Below, in pieces: positions 29,962-39,417 of a stretch of DNA of 64,000 nucleotides. Below the pieces are notes generated by a model, which was not told the DNA's origin, ran no database searches, and saw only the letters and a list, made by a program, of their open reading frames with translations. Position 1 is the stretch's first letter. Every line of letters begins with the position of its first letter. Both the position numbers and the translations under genes were made by a program. Origin of the DNA: an uncultured Alphaproteobacteria bacterium (GTDB lineage Bacteria; Pseudomonadota; Alphaproteobacteria; Rhodobacterales; Rhodobacteraceae). Where the stretch lies: contig CAVZOA010000039.1 of NCBI GenBank assembly GCA_963776705.1, positions 2,058 to 66,057 on the forward strand. Reading direction: 5' to 3'.

Positions 29962-31172
29962 AGCCAGGTTTCGCGCCCAGCTGGACGATCTGAAGAGCGA
30001 GGGGAACTACCGCGTCTTCGCCGACCTGGAGCGGATATGCGGGAAGTTCCCGAAGGTCCGCGAACCACGGCGCCATCGGGCCGGAGGAGGTGACGGTCTG
30101 GTGCTCCAACGACTATCTCGGCATGGGCCAGCACCCGTCGGTGGTGGGCGCGATGATGCGAGACGGTGGAGCGCTCGCGGCACCGGCGCGGGGGGCACGC
30201 GCAACATCTCCGGCACGCGCATCACCACATCACGCTGGAGCCCGAGCTCGCCGACCTGCACGGCAAGGAGGCCGCGCTGCTGTTCACCGTCGGCTACGTG
30301 TCGAACTGGGCGGCGCTCTCCACCCTCGGGAGCCGGCTGCCCGGGCGCGGTGATCTTCTCCGACGCGATGAACCACGCCTCGATGATCGAGGGCATGCGC
30401 CACTTCCGCGCGCGCCGCGAGATGATCTGGCGCACAACGACGCCGCCGATCTCGACCGCGAAGCTGTCGCAATACAGCGCCGACGTGCCGAAGATCGTGG
30501 CCTTCGAAAGCGTCTATTCCATGGACGGCGACATCGCGCCGATCGCCGAGATCGTCGAGGTGGCCGAGAAGCACGGCGCGATGACCTATCTCGACGAGGT
30601 GCACGCGGTCGGCATGTACGGTCCGCGCGGCGGCGGCGTCGCCGAGCGCGAGGGGCTGATGGACCGGATCACGCTGATCGAGGGGACGCTCGGCAAGGCC
30701 TTCGGCTGCTTCGGCGGCTACATCACCGGGTCGGCGGCGCTCTGCGACTTCATCCGCTCCTTCGCCAGCGGGTTCATCTTCACCACCGCCATGCCGCCGG
30801 CGGTGGCGGCGGCGGCGACGGCGTCGATCCGGCACCTCAAGGTCTCCGAGATCGAGCGGCAGCGGCAGCGCCGGCAGGTGGCCAAGCTCCGCGCCCGTGC
30901 TCGACACGCTGGGCATCCCGCATCTGCCGAACCCCAGCCACATCATCCCGGTCATGGTGAAGGACCCGGTGAAGTGCCGGATGATCGCCGACGTGCTGAT
31001 GGCCGATTGGGGCATCTACGTGCAGCCGATCAACTATCCGACCGTGCCGAAGGGCACCGAGCGGCTGCGCTTCACGCCGTGGCCGCTGCATACGGATGGC
31101 GACATCGACCATCTGGTCACGGCGTTGAACGCGCTCTGGAAGCAATGCGCATTGTCGCGCCAGGTCGCATGA
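29951..31172 (+). CDS. hemA: 5-aminolevulinate synthase (several frameshifts)
   Basis: [82 protein letters not shown]. Confidence 0.93.
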
Positions 31173-31256
31173 CGCTTGCGGTGGCCGCGCGGGCACGCTA
31201 GGCTCCGCCGGAGTCGGGATCCGGTCGGATCGGACGACCTTCAAAGGGAGAGAAAG

Positions 31257-31730
31257 ATGAGAGTCACTTGGATCAGCGCCGCCGCGCTCGCGCTCTGCGC
31301 CGCGCCGGCTCTCGCGCAGGAGGGGGACGCCGATGCAGGCGAGCAGGTGTTCAACCAGTGCGCGGCCTGCCATGTGGTGACGGACGACGAGGGGGAGACG
31401 CTCGCCGGTCGCGCCGGCCGGACGGGGCCGAACCTCTACGGCGTGCCGGGGCGCACGGCCGGGACGGTGGAGGATTTCCGCTATTCCTCCTCGATGGAGG
31501 AGGCCGGCGAGGCGGGCCTCGCCTGGAACGAGGAGGATTTCGTCGCCTACGTGCAGGATCCGACCGGGTTCCTGCGGGAATATCTCGACGACAGCGGCGC
31601 GCGCGGGAAGATGGCGTTCAAGCTGCGCAGCGAGGAGGATGCCCACAACATGTGGGCCTATCTCACCGCGCTCGCGGAGCAGGGGTCCGGCGAGGGCCCG
31701 GGCGAGCACGGCTCCGGCGAGGGAAGCTAG
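31257..31730 (+). CDS. cycA: Cytochrome c2
   Basis: Signal peptide, EGDADAGEQVFNQCAACH (CxxCH), TGPNLYG, KMAFKL; position at the end of the photosynthesis cluster. Confidence 0.88.
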   Translation: MRVTWISAAALALCAAPALAQEGDADAGEQVFNQCAACHVVTDDEGETLAGRAGRTGPNLYGVPGRTAGTVEDFRYSSSMEEAGEAGLAWNEEDFVAYVQDPTGFLREYLDDSGARGKMAFKLRSEEDAHNMWAYLTALAEQGSGEGPGEHGSGEGS

Positions 31731-31749
31731 AGAACTCGCGGCGGAGCGG

Positions 31750-32847
31750 TCAGGCCGGCCGTTCCGCCGCGGTGATCGTGTAGGCGAAGTCGTCGGGCGC
31801 GAGAGGATCGCGGCGGCGACCGCCGATCTCGGCCTCCGGATACATGAGGAACGGTACCGGTCCGAACGGGGCGCCGGGCAGGGGAACGTCATGGGCGGCG
31901 TTGAGCGCGACCCAGTTGCTCTCCGCGGCTCCGAACAGCGCGGCGCGGACGTCTCGCACCGGCGCGTCGCCGAGAGAGAGCGTCTGTGGCGGCTCCTCGA
32001 GCACCACCTTGCGGACATCCGCCGGATCGGCCGGCACCCATCCGAACCCCTCGAGCCACACGTCGGCGCGGCAATGCTGCGCCGACGTCACGTCGATCGA
32101 GCCGGCGCCGAGGCTCTCGTAGCCGAAGGCGGAGGGTGCCACCCGCAACCCGTAGAGATCGCGCGCGGGCAGGCCGCTGGCGCGGGCGAGGCCGACGAAG
32201 AGGGCGTTGAGGTCGGCGCATTTTCCCGTCAGGTCGCCCATGCGGAGCATCGAGGCAATGTCTCCGAGGCCGCAGCCGCGGGTCTCGGGATTGCGCGCGG
32301 TGCTCTCCACCACCCAGTCATAGATGGCGCGGGCCTTGTCGAGATCGCTGCCGGCGCCGGCGGTGACGCGCGACGCGGTCTCGGCGACGATCCCGTCCGT
32401 CGGGATGAGCGCGGTGGGCGCGGTGTGGCGCGCGCGCGCCTCGGGCGGGAGCGGCGGCACGGAGCGGGGCCGCGAGAGATCGACGGCGCGCGAGCGCGTG
32501 TCGACGTGGGAGACCGCGTAGAGCCGGCCGGTCTCCCGGCCCGCGGGCCAACGGGCGTGAAGGAACTGCGCCCCCGTCTCGGGGTCGCGGGCGAGGGCCG
32601 CCTCTGCGGCATCGGTGCGCCAGGTGGTCTCGTCGGGCCGGCTCCAGCCCTCGGCGGCGAGGGCCGGGACCGGCACCCAGAGCTGTCCCGCGCGACCGTC
32701 GAGCGGAAGGGTGACGCGGGTGGCGAGCTCGAAGCGGCGCCACGGGCCGGGGCGGGGCGCATAGGCGGCCTGCCCGGGGCGCGGCAGCGCCGCTGCGGCC
32801 AGAGCCGCGGTGCCGGTTGCGAGAAAGGTGCGTCGGGTCGGTTCCAT
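31750..32847 (-). CDS. Tat-exported transglutaminase-like (Cys-His-Asp) protein
   Basis: TRRTFL twin-arginine signal; GKCADLNALFVGLARASGLPAR; QHCRA; GWVPADP. Confidence 0.88.
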   Translation of the reverse strand: MEPTRRTFLATGTAALAAAALPRPGQAAYAPRPGPWRRFELATRVTLPLDGRAGQLWVPVPALAAEGWSRPDETTWRTDAAEAALARDPETGAQFLHARWPAGRETGRLYAVSHVDTRSRAVDLSRPRSVPPLPPEARARHTAPTALIPTDGIVAETASRVTAGAGSDLDKARAIYDWVVESTARNPETRGCGLGDIASMLRMGDLTGKCADLNALFVGLARASGLPARDLYGLRVAPSAFGYESLGAGSIDVTSAQHCRADVWLEGFGWVPADPADVRKVVLEEPPQTLSLGDAPVRDVRAALFGAAESNWVALNAAHDVPLPGAPFGPVPFLMYPEAEIGGRRRDPLAPDDFAYTITAAERPA

Positions 32848-32921
32848 GGGCGCTCTCGGGGTGACGGGATCGGCGCCGGTCTAGGCCCGCGGCGATCCAC
32901 AGGCAAGCCGGAGTCAGGCGG

Positions 32922-33431
32922 TCACTCGGCCCGCCGGTCCCGTCCGGGGCAGCGTTCCCGCGAGGGGGCGAGGCCGAGGGAGGTGTAGCGCAGGGTCTCG
33001 AACGCGTCGGGCGGCAGTCTGCCGGAGAAGAACAGCTCGTAGTCGTGCGCCGTGTCGCCGTACATGTTCCGCGCCTCGGGGTCGGCGCCGAGGGCGAGCA
33101 GCATCTCGGCGAGGTGGGGCCGGCCGGTCTGCCAAGCGAGCATGAGGGGCGTGGCGCCGACACCGGAGCGGCCCTCGATGTCGGCGCCGCCCTGCAGGAG
33201 CGCGTAGACCGTCTCGGTCGTGGCCGCGCAGCTCCGCATCGCGGCGGCGAGGGGCGTGAGGCCGAGCCAGCCGGCGTGGTTCGGGTCGCCGCCCCAGTCG
33301 AGAATCGCCCGGACCTTGTCGGCCTCGCCGTGGATGGCGGCGAGGGTCAGGTCGCTGAAGCGGGTGTCCGCTGCCGCGGGCCCGGCAAGGGCCGCGAGCG
33401 CGGCGAGGATCGTGAGGCTGCGCATGGCCAT
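32922..33431 (-). CDS. Exported ankyrin-repeat protein
   Basis: Sec signal peptide (GPAAA-D); about 3 ankyrin repeats (GLTPLAAA, LLQGGADIE, GATPLMLA, LLALGADPEARNMYGDTA); RBS GAGGGAG. Confidence 0.85.
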   Translation of the reverse strand: MAMRSLTILAALAALAGPAAADTRFSDLTLAAIHGEADKVRAILDWGGDPNHAGWLGLTPLAAAMRSCAATTETVYALLQGGADIEGRSGVGATPLMLAWQTGRPHLAEMLLALGADPEARNMYGDTAHDYELFFSGRLPPDAFETLRYTSLGLAPSRERCPGRDRRAE

Positions 33432-33485
33432 GACGCATCTCCCTCATTCGATCCTACCACGGCGGCGGGCCCCGCGACAGCGGCG

Positions 33486-34232
33486 TCAGACGTAGCTGCG
33501 CACCAGGGCCGAGGAGATCAGCGTCCAGCCGTCGGCGACGGCGAAGAAGGCGAGCTTGAAGGGCAGCGAGACGATCGCGGGCGGCACCATCATCATCCCC
33601 ATCGACATCAGGATCGCCGAGACCACGAGGTCGATGACCAGGAAGGGCAGGAAGATCAGGAAGCCGATCTGGAAGGCGCGCTCGATCTCCGACAGCAGGA
33701 AGGAGGGGATCAGGACCGAGAGCGGCGAGGCGGGCGTGGCGATGCCGGGGTCGATCTCCGGGCGCAGCGTCAGCAGGCTCTCGAACGTGCCGGGATCGAT
33801 CCGCGCCGCCATGAATTCGCGGAAGGGGGCGAGCGCGGCGGTCAGCCCCTGCTGCACCTCCACCTCGCCCGCGACGAGGGGCTGGACGCCGTTCGCCCAG
33901 GCCTCCTGGAAGACCGGCTCCATGACGAAGTAGGTCAGGAACAGTGCCAGCGTGACGATCAGCATGTTGGGTGGCGCCTGCTGCAATCCGATTCCCTGGC
34001 GCAGGATCGACAGCACCGTGACCAGGAACGGGAAGCAGGTGATCATTACCAGAAGCCCGGGCACGAGGCTCAGGACGGTGACGAGGACAAGAAGCTGGAT
34101 CGAGCGCCCGGCGAGCGAGGCCTCGCCCTCGCCGAGATCGATGGATATCTGCTGCGCGAGGGCGGGCTCGGCGACGACGATGAGCAGGAAGAGGAGCGCG
34201 GGAGCCAGGCAGAATGCCGGCGATCGTGTCAA
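33486..34232 (-). CDS. fliP: Flagellar export apparatus protein FliP
   Basis: LSILRQGIGLQQAPPN, LIPSFLLSE, FLPFLVIDLVV, MGMMMVPP..SLPFKL..DGW. Confidence 0.96.
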   Translation of the reverse strand: MTRSPAFCLAPALLFLLIVVAEPALAQQISIDLGEGEASLAGRSIQLLVLVTVLSLVPGLLVMITCFPFLVTVLSILRQGIGLQQAPPNMLIVTLALFLTYFVMEPVFQEAWANGVQPLVAGEVEVQQGLTAALAPFREFMAARIDPGTFESLLTLRPEIDPGIATPASPLSVLIPSFLLSEIERAFQIGFLIFLPFLVIDLVVSAILMSMGMMMVPPAIVSLPFKLAFFAVADGWTLISSALVRSYV

Positions 34233-34537
34233 AATCCGCTCTCCAGATCGGCCACCTCCGTCAGCCGGACCGCGAGCTGGCCCGACTGGTCGCCCTCGAA
34301 CTCCTGCAGCTCGCCGCGGGCGATAAGGCGGTCGCCCACATAGAGCTCCACCGGATCGTCGACCTTGGTGTCGAGGGGCAGGACGCTGCCATGCTCGACC
34401 TTCAGCAGATCGGCGAGCCGCGGCCGGGCCTTGCCGACCGAGACGACGATCTCGATCGGGACCTGGGTCAGCGGGTTGCGGGAGGGGGCCTGCGTCTCCC
34501 GGGCGGGGGCCGCGTCGAGTTCGGTGTCGTCAGCCAT
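34229..34537 (-). CDS. fliN: Flagellar motor switch protein FliN (SpoA domain)
   Basis: VPIEIVVSVG, DPVELYVGDRLIARGEL, LAVRLTE. Confidence 0.88.
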   Translation of the reverse strand: MADDTELDAAPARETQAPSRNPLTQVPIEIVVSVGKARPRLADLLKVEHGSVLPLDTKVDDPVELYVGDRLIARGELQEFEGDQSGQLAVRLTEVADLESGF

Positions 34538-35129
34538 GCCGGACGGATTCCTCAAGTTCGGTGTCGAGGGCGGAGAGCGCCTCGGTCAGGGTGTGCTGGA
34601 AGCCGGTGAGATCGATCTCGGTCTCGGACCGGCCGACGCGGAGCTGCACCTTGCCGGGCGCGAGGCTCTCCTCCTCCCGGATGGTGACGGGGAAGGTCAG
34701 GCGCTCGGCGATGGCGGTCTCGAGCCCCGCGCTCTCGCCGGGCGCGGCGAGGAGTTCGACCTCGGCGGTGGCGGCGTCCGCGACCGTCTTCTCGACGATC
34801 TCCGTCAGCCGGGTGCCGAGCGTGGCGTGGAGCGTCTTCGGCACGACCTGCGCGGTGATCGCCTCGACCAGCGGCAGGATCGAGCGCAGGACATGCGCGC
34901 GCGCCTCGTGGAAGGTGAAGGAGAGGTCCTGGAGCCGGGCGAGGGCGGCCTCCGCGCTCTCCGAGGCCGCCTGCTCGCAGGCCGCCGTGGCGTCCTCCCA
35001 GCCGGCGGCGTAGCCCTTGTCGAAGGCCTCGAGCTTCTCGGCCTCGAGCCGCTCGCCGTCGACCGTCTCCACGGGGATCGGACCGGCGAAGTTGCCGAAA
35101 TCCTCCAGCACAAAGGGGTGCGCGTTCAT
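34530..35129 (-). CDS. fliH: FliH-like flagellar protein
   Basis: FVLEDF, AFDKGYAAGWEDA, LQDLSFTFHEAR; between fliF and fliN. Confidence 0.75.
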   Translation of the reverse strand: MNAHPFVLEDFGNFAGPIPVETVDGERLEAEKLEAFDKGYAAGWEDATAACEQAASESAEAALARLQDLSFTFHEARAHVLRSILPLVEAITAQVVPKTLHATLGTRLTEIVEKTVADAATAEVELLAAPGESAGLETAIAERLTFPVTIREEESLAPGKVQLRVGRSETEIDLTGFQHTLTEALSALDTELEESVRHG

Positions 35130-36721
35130 GCCTTCTCCTCGCTTTCCATCCAGGACTTGAGAATCTGCAGCGATTCGTCCTGCCGCTCGTCGATAAGCCG
35201 GCGCAGGCGCTCGACGGCGGTCGAGGTCTCGGCGCCGCGGCCGTCACGACCGCCGAGCACGTCGGGGAGGTTCTCGGGCGTGTCGTCGGGGTCGATCTCG
35301 CCGCTGAGGGCAGTACCGTTCGCCGACCGCCCCTGCGCGTCGGGCCCGGCGAGGGCGGGAGCGGCCTCCGCCTCGGGCTGGCGGCGCAGGATCGGGCGGA
35401 TGACGAAGAGCGCGATGACGAGGACCACCAGCGAGAGGATGCCGAGCTGGGCGAGGCGCATCGTGTCCACGGGTCCGAAGAGGCCGGCCTGGATCGGCGC
35501 GGTCCCCTCCTGCGGCAGCGGCTCGAAGCGCATGTTGCGGACCGACAGCGCGTCGCCGCGCGCCTCGCGGAAGCCCACGGCGGCGGCGACGAGTTCGCGC
35601 AGCGCGGCCATCTCCTCCTCGGGACGGGGCTCCCAGGTGACGGCGCCGTCCTCGTCCAGGGTCTGGATGCCGTCGACGAGGACGGCGGTGCTGACACGGT
35701 CGATCGCGCCCGGCGTGCGGGTGACCCGGCGGTTGGTCTCGGAGACCTCGTAGTTCACGCGCTCGCGGCTCTCGCTCGACGAGCTGGTCGAGGGCGGGCC
35801 GTCCTGCCGGTTCGCCTCGCCGTCGGGCAGGTTGGAGGCGACAGTGACGTCGCCGCCGTTGGGGTCGGACGAGCTGTCCTTCGACTGGGTGCTGTCCTGG
35901 CTGATGGCGACGCGGCTGTCGGGGTCGAGGCGGCGCTCGGTGATCTCCTCGGTTTCGCTCACCGTCTCCACGTTCACCTCGACGACGGCGTTGCCGTAGC
36001 CGACGCGCGCCTCGAGCAGGCGCTCGACATTGCGCTTCAGGGCCGCGGCGCGGTCCATGCCGCTCGCGGCATTGGGCGTTGTCTCCTCGTTCGACAGGAT
36101 CACCCCGTCGGTCGAATCGATCACCGAGACGTTCTCGGGCTTGAGTCCCGGCACGGCGGAGGAGACGAGGTAGCGGAACGCCTTCGCCTGGGAGGCGGTG
36201 AGGCCGCCGGCGGCCGGGGTCACAGTGACCGAGGCCGAGGGCGTCAGATCGCGCTGGAAGGGCTTGGTGCCGGAATTGGCGATGTAGACGCGGGCCGACT
36301 GGACGCTCGGCGAGGTGACGATGGTACGGGCGAGCTCGCCCTCCTTCGCCCGCCAGTAGGCGGCGTCGAACATCTGGCTGGTAGTGCCGAAGCCCGACAT
36401 GTCGTCGAGCAGCTCGTAGCCCTGCATGGCGTTGCGGGGCAGGCCCTCGCTGGCGAGCGTCATCCTGAGCTGGTCGCGCCGGCCCGCATCCACGTAGATC
36501 GAGTTGCCGCGGACCTCGTAGGCGACGCCGCTCTGTTCGATCGAGGCGACCACGTCGCCGGCGGCCTTGTCGTCGAGCCCGGCATAGAGAAGCGACATGC
36601 TCGGCGTGGTGGCGAGTCGCGTGACGCCGAGGACGAGGACGAACATCAGAGCGGTGGCGCCGAGGACGATGACCCGACGCTGCATCGGCAAGTTTTGCCA
36701 GACGGATACCAGCTGCTGCAA
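35126..36721 (-). CDS. fliF: Flagellar M-ring protein FliF
   Basis: GYELLDDMSGFGTTSQMFDAAYWRAKEGELARTI, VTVASNLP, NYEVSE, VGFREARGD. Confidence 0.95.
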   Translation of the reverse strand: MQQLVSVWQNLPMQRRVIVLGATALMFVLVLGVTRLATTPSMSLLYAGLDDKAAGDVVASIEQSGVAYEVRGNSIYVDAGRRDQLRMTLASEGLPRNAMQGYELLDDMSGFGTTSQMFDAAYWRAKEGELARTIVTSPSVQSARVYIANSGTKPFQRDLTPSASVTVTPAAGGLTASQAKAFRYLVSSAVPGLKPENVSVIDSTDGVILSNEETTPNAASGMDRAAALKRNVERLLEARVGYGNAVVEVNVETVSETEEITERRLDPDSRVAISQDSTQSKDSSSDPNGGDVTVASNLPDGEANRQDGPPSTSSSSESRERVNYEVSETNRRVTRTPGAIDRVSTAVLVDGIQTLDEDGAVTWEPRPEEEMAALRELVAAAVGFREARGDALSVRNMRFEPLPQEGTAPIQAGLFGPVDTMRLAQLGILSLVVLVIALFVIRPILRRQPEAEAAPALAGPDAQGRSANGTALSGEIDPDDTPENLPDVLGGRDGRGAETSTAVERLRRLIDERQDESLQILKSWMESEEKA

Positions 36722-36783
36722 GACGACCTCCTGTCATCCGGGGGTTCTCCCCGATTTCCGAGGCCGACACTCTCCGACCGGAC

Positions 36784-36798
36784 TTAACAATCGGTTAG
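36784..36798. promoter_or_regulatory. CtrA-like box (TTAA-N7-TTAG) in the fliF/fliL divergent promoter
   Basis: TTAACAATCGGTTAG; AT-rich in a GC-rich context. Confidence 0.65.
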
Positions 36799-36856
36799 CC
36801 CATTTGGGTTTATCTGCGCCCCGACACGACGAAGCGTGCAGCGGTGAGGACCGAGA

Positions 36857-37414
36857 ATGGCCGAGACCCAGGACAAGGACGAGGCAGCGGCGCCGAAGAG
36901 CGGCAGGACCGGCCTCCTGGTCGGCGTCCTGGCCCTCGCGCTCGGGGCCGGCGGCGGATTCTACGCCACCTTTTCGGGGCTCCTGCTGGGGCCGAAGCCG
37001 GCCGCGGCCGAGGCGGGCGCCGAGGGCGATTCGCACGGCGCGGGGCATGGAAGTTCGACCGCCGGCTCCGGGGGCGGCGCGCTCCACGGAGAGCCCGTGG
37101 TCGCCGGCGGATCGAACGTGGTTTTCATCCCGGTCAATCCGCTGGTGATCTCGCTCGCGGGATCGGATTCGCCGGCGCATCTGCGGTTCACCTCGCAGCT
37201 CGAGGTGCCACAAGAGCATGGCGAGGAGGTGGCGCGCCTGATGCCGAGAGTGGTCGACGTGATGAACGGCTATCTGCGCGCGGTGGATCCGGCCGATCTC
37301 GAAACGCCGGGGGCGCTGATCCGGCTCCGCGCGCAGATGCTGCGCCGGGTGGAACTCGTTGTCGGGCCGGGCCGCGTCTCCGACGTGCTGGTCATGGAAT
37401 TCGTGCTGAGCTGA
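36857..37414 (+). CDS. fliL: Flagellar basal body-associated protein FliL
   Basis: N-terminal TM; PLVISL, HLRFTSQLEV, MPRVVDVMNGYLRA, VLVMEFVL. Confidence 0.88.
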   Translation: MAETQDKDEAAAPKSGRTGLLVGVLALALGAGGGFYATFSGLLLGPKPAAAEAGAEGDSHGAGHGSSTAGSGGGALHGEPVVAGGSNVVFIPVNPLVISLAGSDSPAHLRFTSQLEVPQEHGEEVARLMPRVVDVMNGYLRAVDPADLETPGALIRLRAQMLRRVELVVGPGRVSDVLVMEFVLS

Positions 37415-37425
37415 AGGATCGAGAC

Positions 37426-37934
<509 letters not shown>

Positions 37935-37938
<4 letters not shown>

Positions 37939-38528
37939 GCCGGCCCGAACTCAGACCACGGCCCAGGACGCGGGGGCTCGGCGTCCTGCCGGCGCTCGCG
38001 GCGCTCCTCGTGGGCTCCGCGGCGCTGCGCACCCTCGAGGGCGAGAACATCGCCCAGGTGCGCGGCCTCTTCGAGGCCGGCCCCGCCCAAGCTGCCGAGA
38101 CCCCGCAGACGCCCACGGACGAGATCGGCCAGGTGCTCTCCGCGCTGAAGGAGCGCGAGGCGGAGCTCGATGCGCGCGAGGCGCGGCTCGACGAGCGCGA
38201 GGACGTCGTGAAGGAGGGCGAGGTCGAGCTCTCGCGACAGATGAGCGAGATCGCCGAGGCCGAGGCGCGCCTGCGGAAGATGGTCAACCTCGCCGACAAG
38301 GCGTCGCAGACCGATGTCGAGACCCTGGTCGCCGTATACGAGAACATGAAGCCTGAACAGGCGGCGCCGCTCTTCGAACAGATGCCGCCGGCCTTCGCGG
38401 CCGGGTTCCTGTCGAAGATGCAGCCCGCCATCTCGGCGGAGATCCTGTCGGCCATGCCCGCCGACGCCGCCTATGCGGTCAGTGTCGTTCTCGCCGGCCG
38501 GAATGCCGGAACCGCCGAAACGGAATGA
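37935..38528 (+). CDS. MotE-family protein
   Basis: Coiled coil then LVAVYENMKPEQAAPLFEQM...FAAGFL; upstream of motA. Confidence 0.82.
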
Positions 38529-38553
38529 ACCGTCCAGCCCTTGGAGTCGCTCA

Positions 38554-39417
38554 ATGATCGCCATAATCGGGATCGTCGTCGTTTTCGTGATGGTCTTCGG
38601 AGGCTACATGGCCGCCGGCGGCAAGCTCGGCATCATACTGAAATCGCTGCCCTTCGAGCTGATGATGATCCTCGGGGCGGCGACCGGGGCGTTCCTGCTG
38701 TCGAATGACGGCGCGACGGTGAAGCACACGCTGAAGGACATCGCACGGGTCTTCAAGGGCGCCAAGTGGAAGGCGCAGGATTACCGCGACCTGCTGTGCC
38801 TCCTGTTCGAGCTGATCCGGCTCGCCAAGAGCGACCCGCTGGCGCTCGAGACCCATATCGAGCAGCCGGGCGACAGTTCGATCTTCGGGCGCTACGCGAA
38901 GATCCAGAGCGACCGGGAGGCGGTGGAGCTGATCTGCGACACGCTGCGCTCGGCGAGCATGAACTACGACGATCCCCATCAGGTCGAGGAGGTGCTCGAG
39001 AAGCGGATGGAGTCGAAGCTGCACCGGGCGCTGCATCCGAGCCACGCCATGCAGACCATGGCCGACGGCCTGCCGGCGCTCGGGATCGTGGCGGCGGTGC
39101 TCGGGGTCATCAAGACCATGGCCGCGATCGACCAGCCTCCCGAGGTGCTCGGGCAGATGATCGGCGGGGCGCTCGTCGGCACTTTCCTCGGCGTGTTCCT
39201 GGCCTACGGTTTTGTCGGGCCCTTCGCGGCGAAGATGAAGCAGGTCGTGGAGGAGGACGCGCAGTTCTACCAGCTGATCCGCGAGGTCCTGGTCGCGAAC
39301 CTGCACCTGCACAGCCCCAATATCTGCATCGAGGTCGGCCGGCAGAACACGCCGCACAACCTGCGCCCCGCCTTCGACGATCTCGAGGAAGCGCTGAAGG
39401 GCACGAAGGCGGCATGA
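38554..39417 (+). CDS. motA: Flagellar stator protein MotA
   Basis: VFGGYMAAGGKL, ADGLPALGIVAAVLGVIKTM, GGALVGTFLGVFLAYG, IEVGRQ. Confidence 0.96.
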   Translation: MIAIIGIVVVFVMVFGGYMAAGGKLGIILKSLPFELMMILGAATGAFLLSNDGATVKHTLKDIARVFKGAKWKAQDYRDLLCLLFELIRLAKSDPLALETHIEQPGDSSIFGRYAKIQSDREAVELICDTLRSASMNYDDPHQVEEVLEKRMESKLHRALHPSHAMQTMADGLPALGIVAAVLGVIKTMAAIDQPPEVLGQMIGGALVGTFLGVFLAYGFVGPFAAKMKQVVEEDAQFYQLIREVLVANLHLHSPNICIEVGRQNTPHNLRPAFDDLEEALKGTKAA

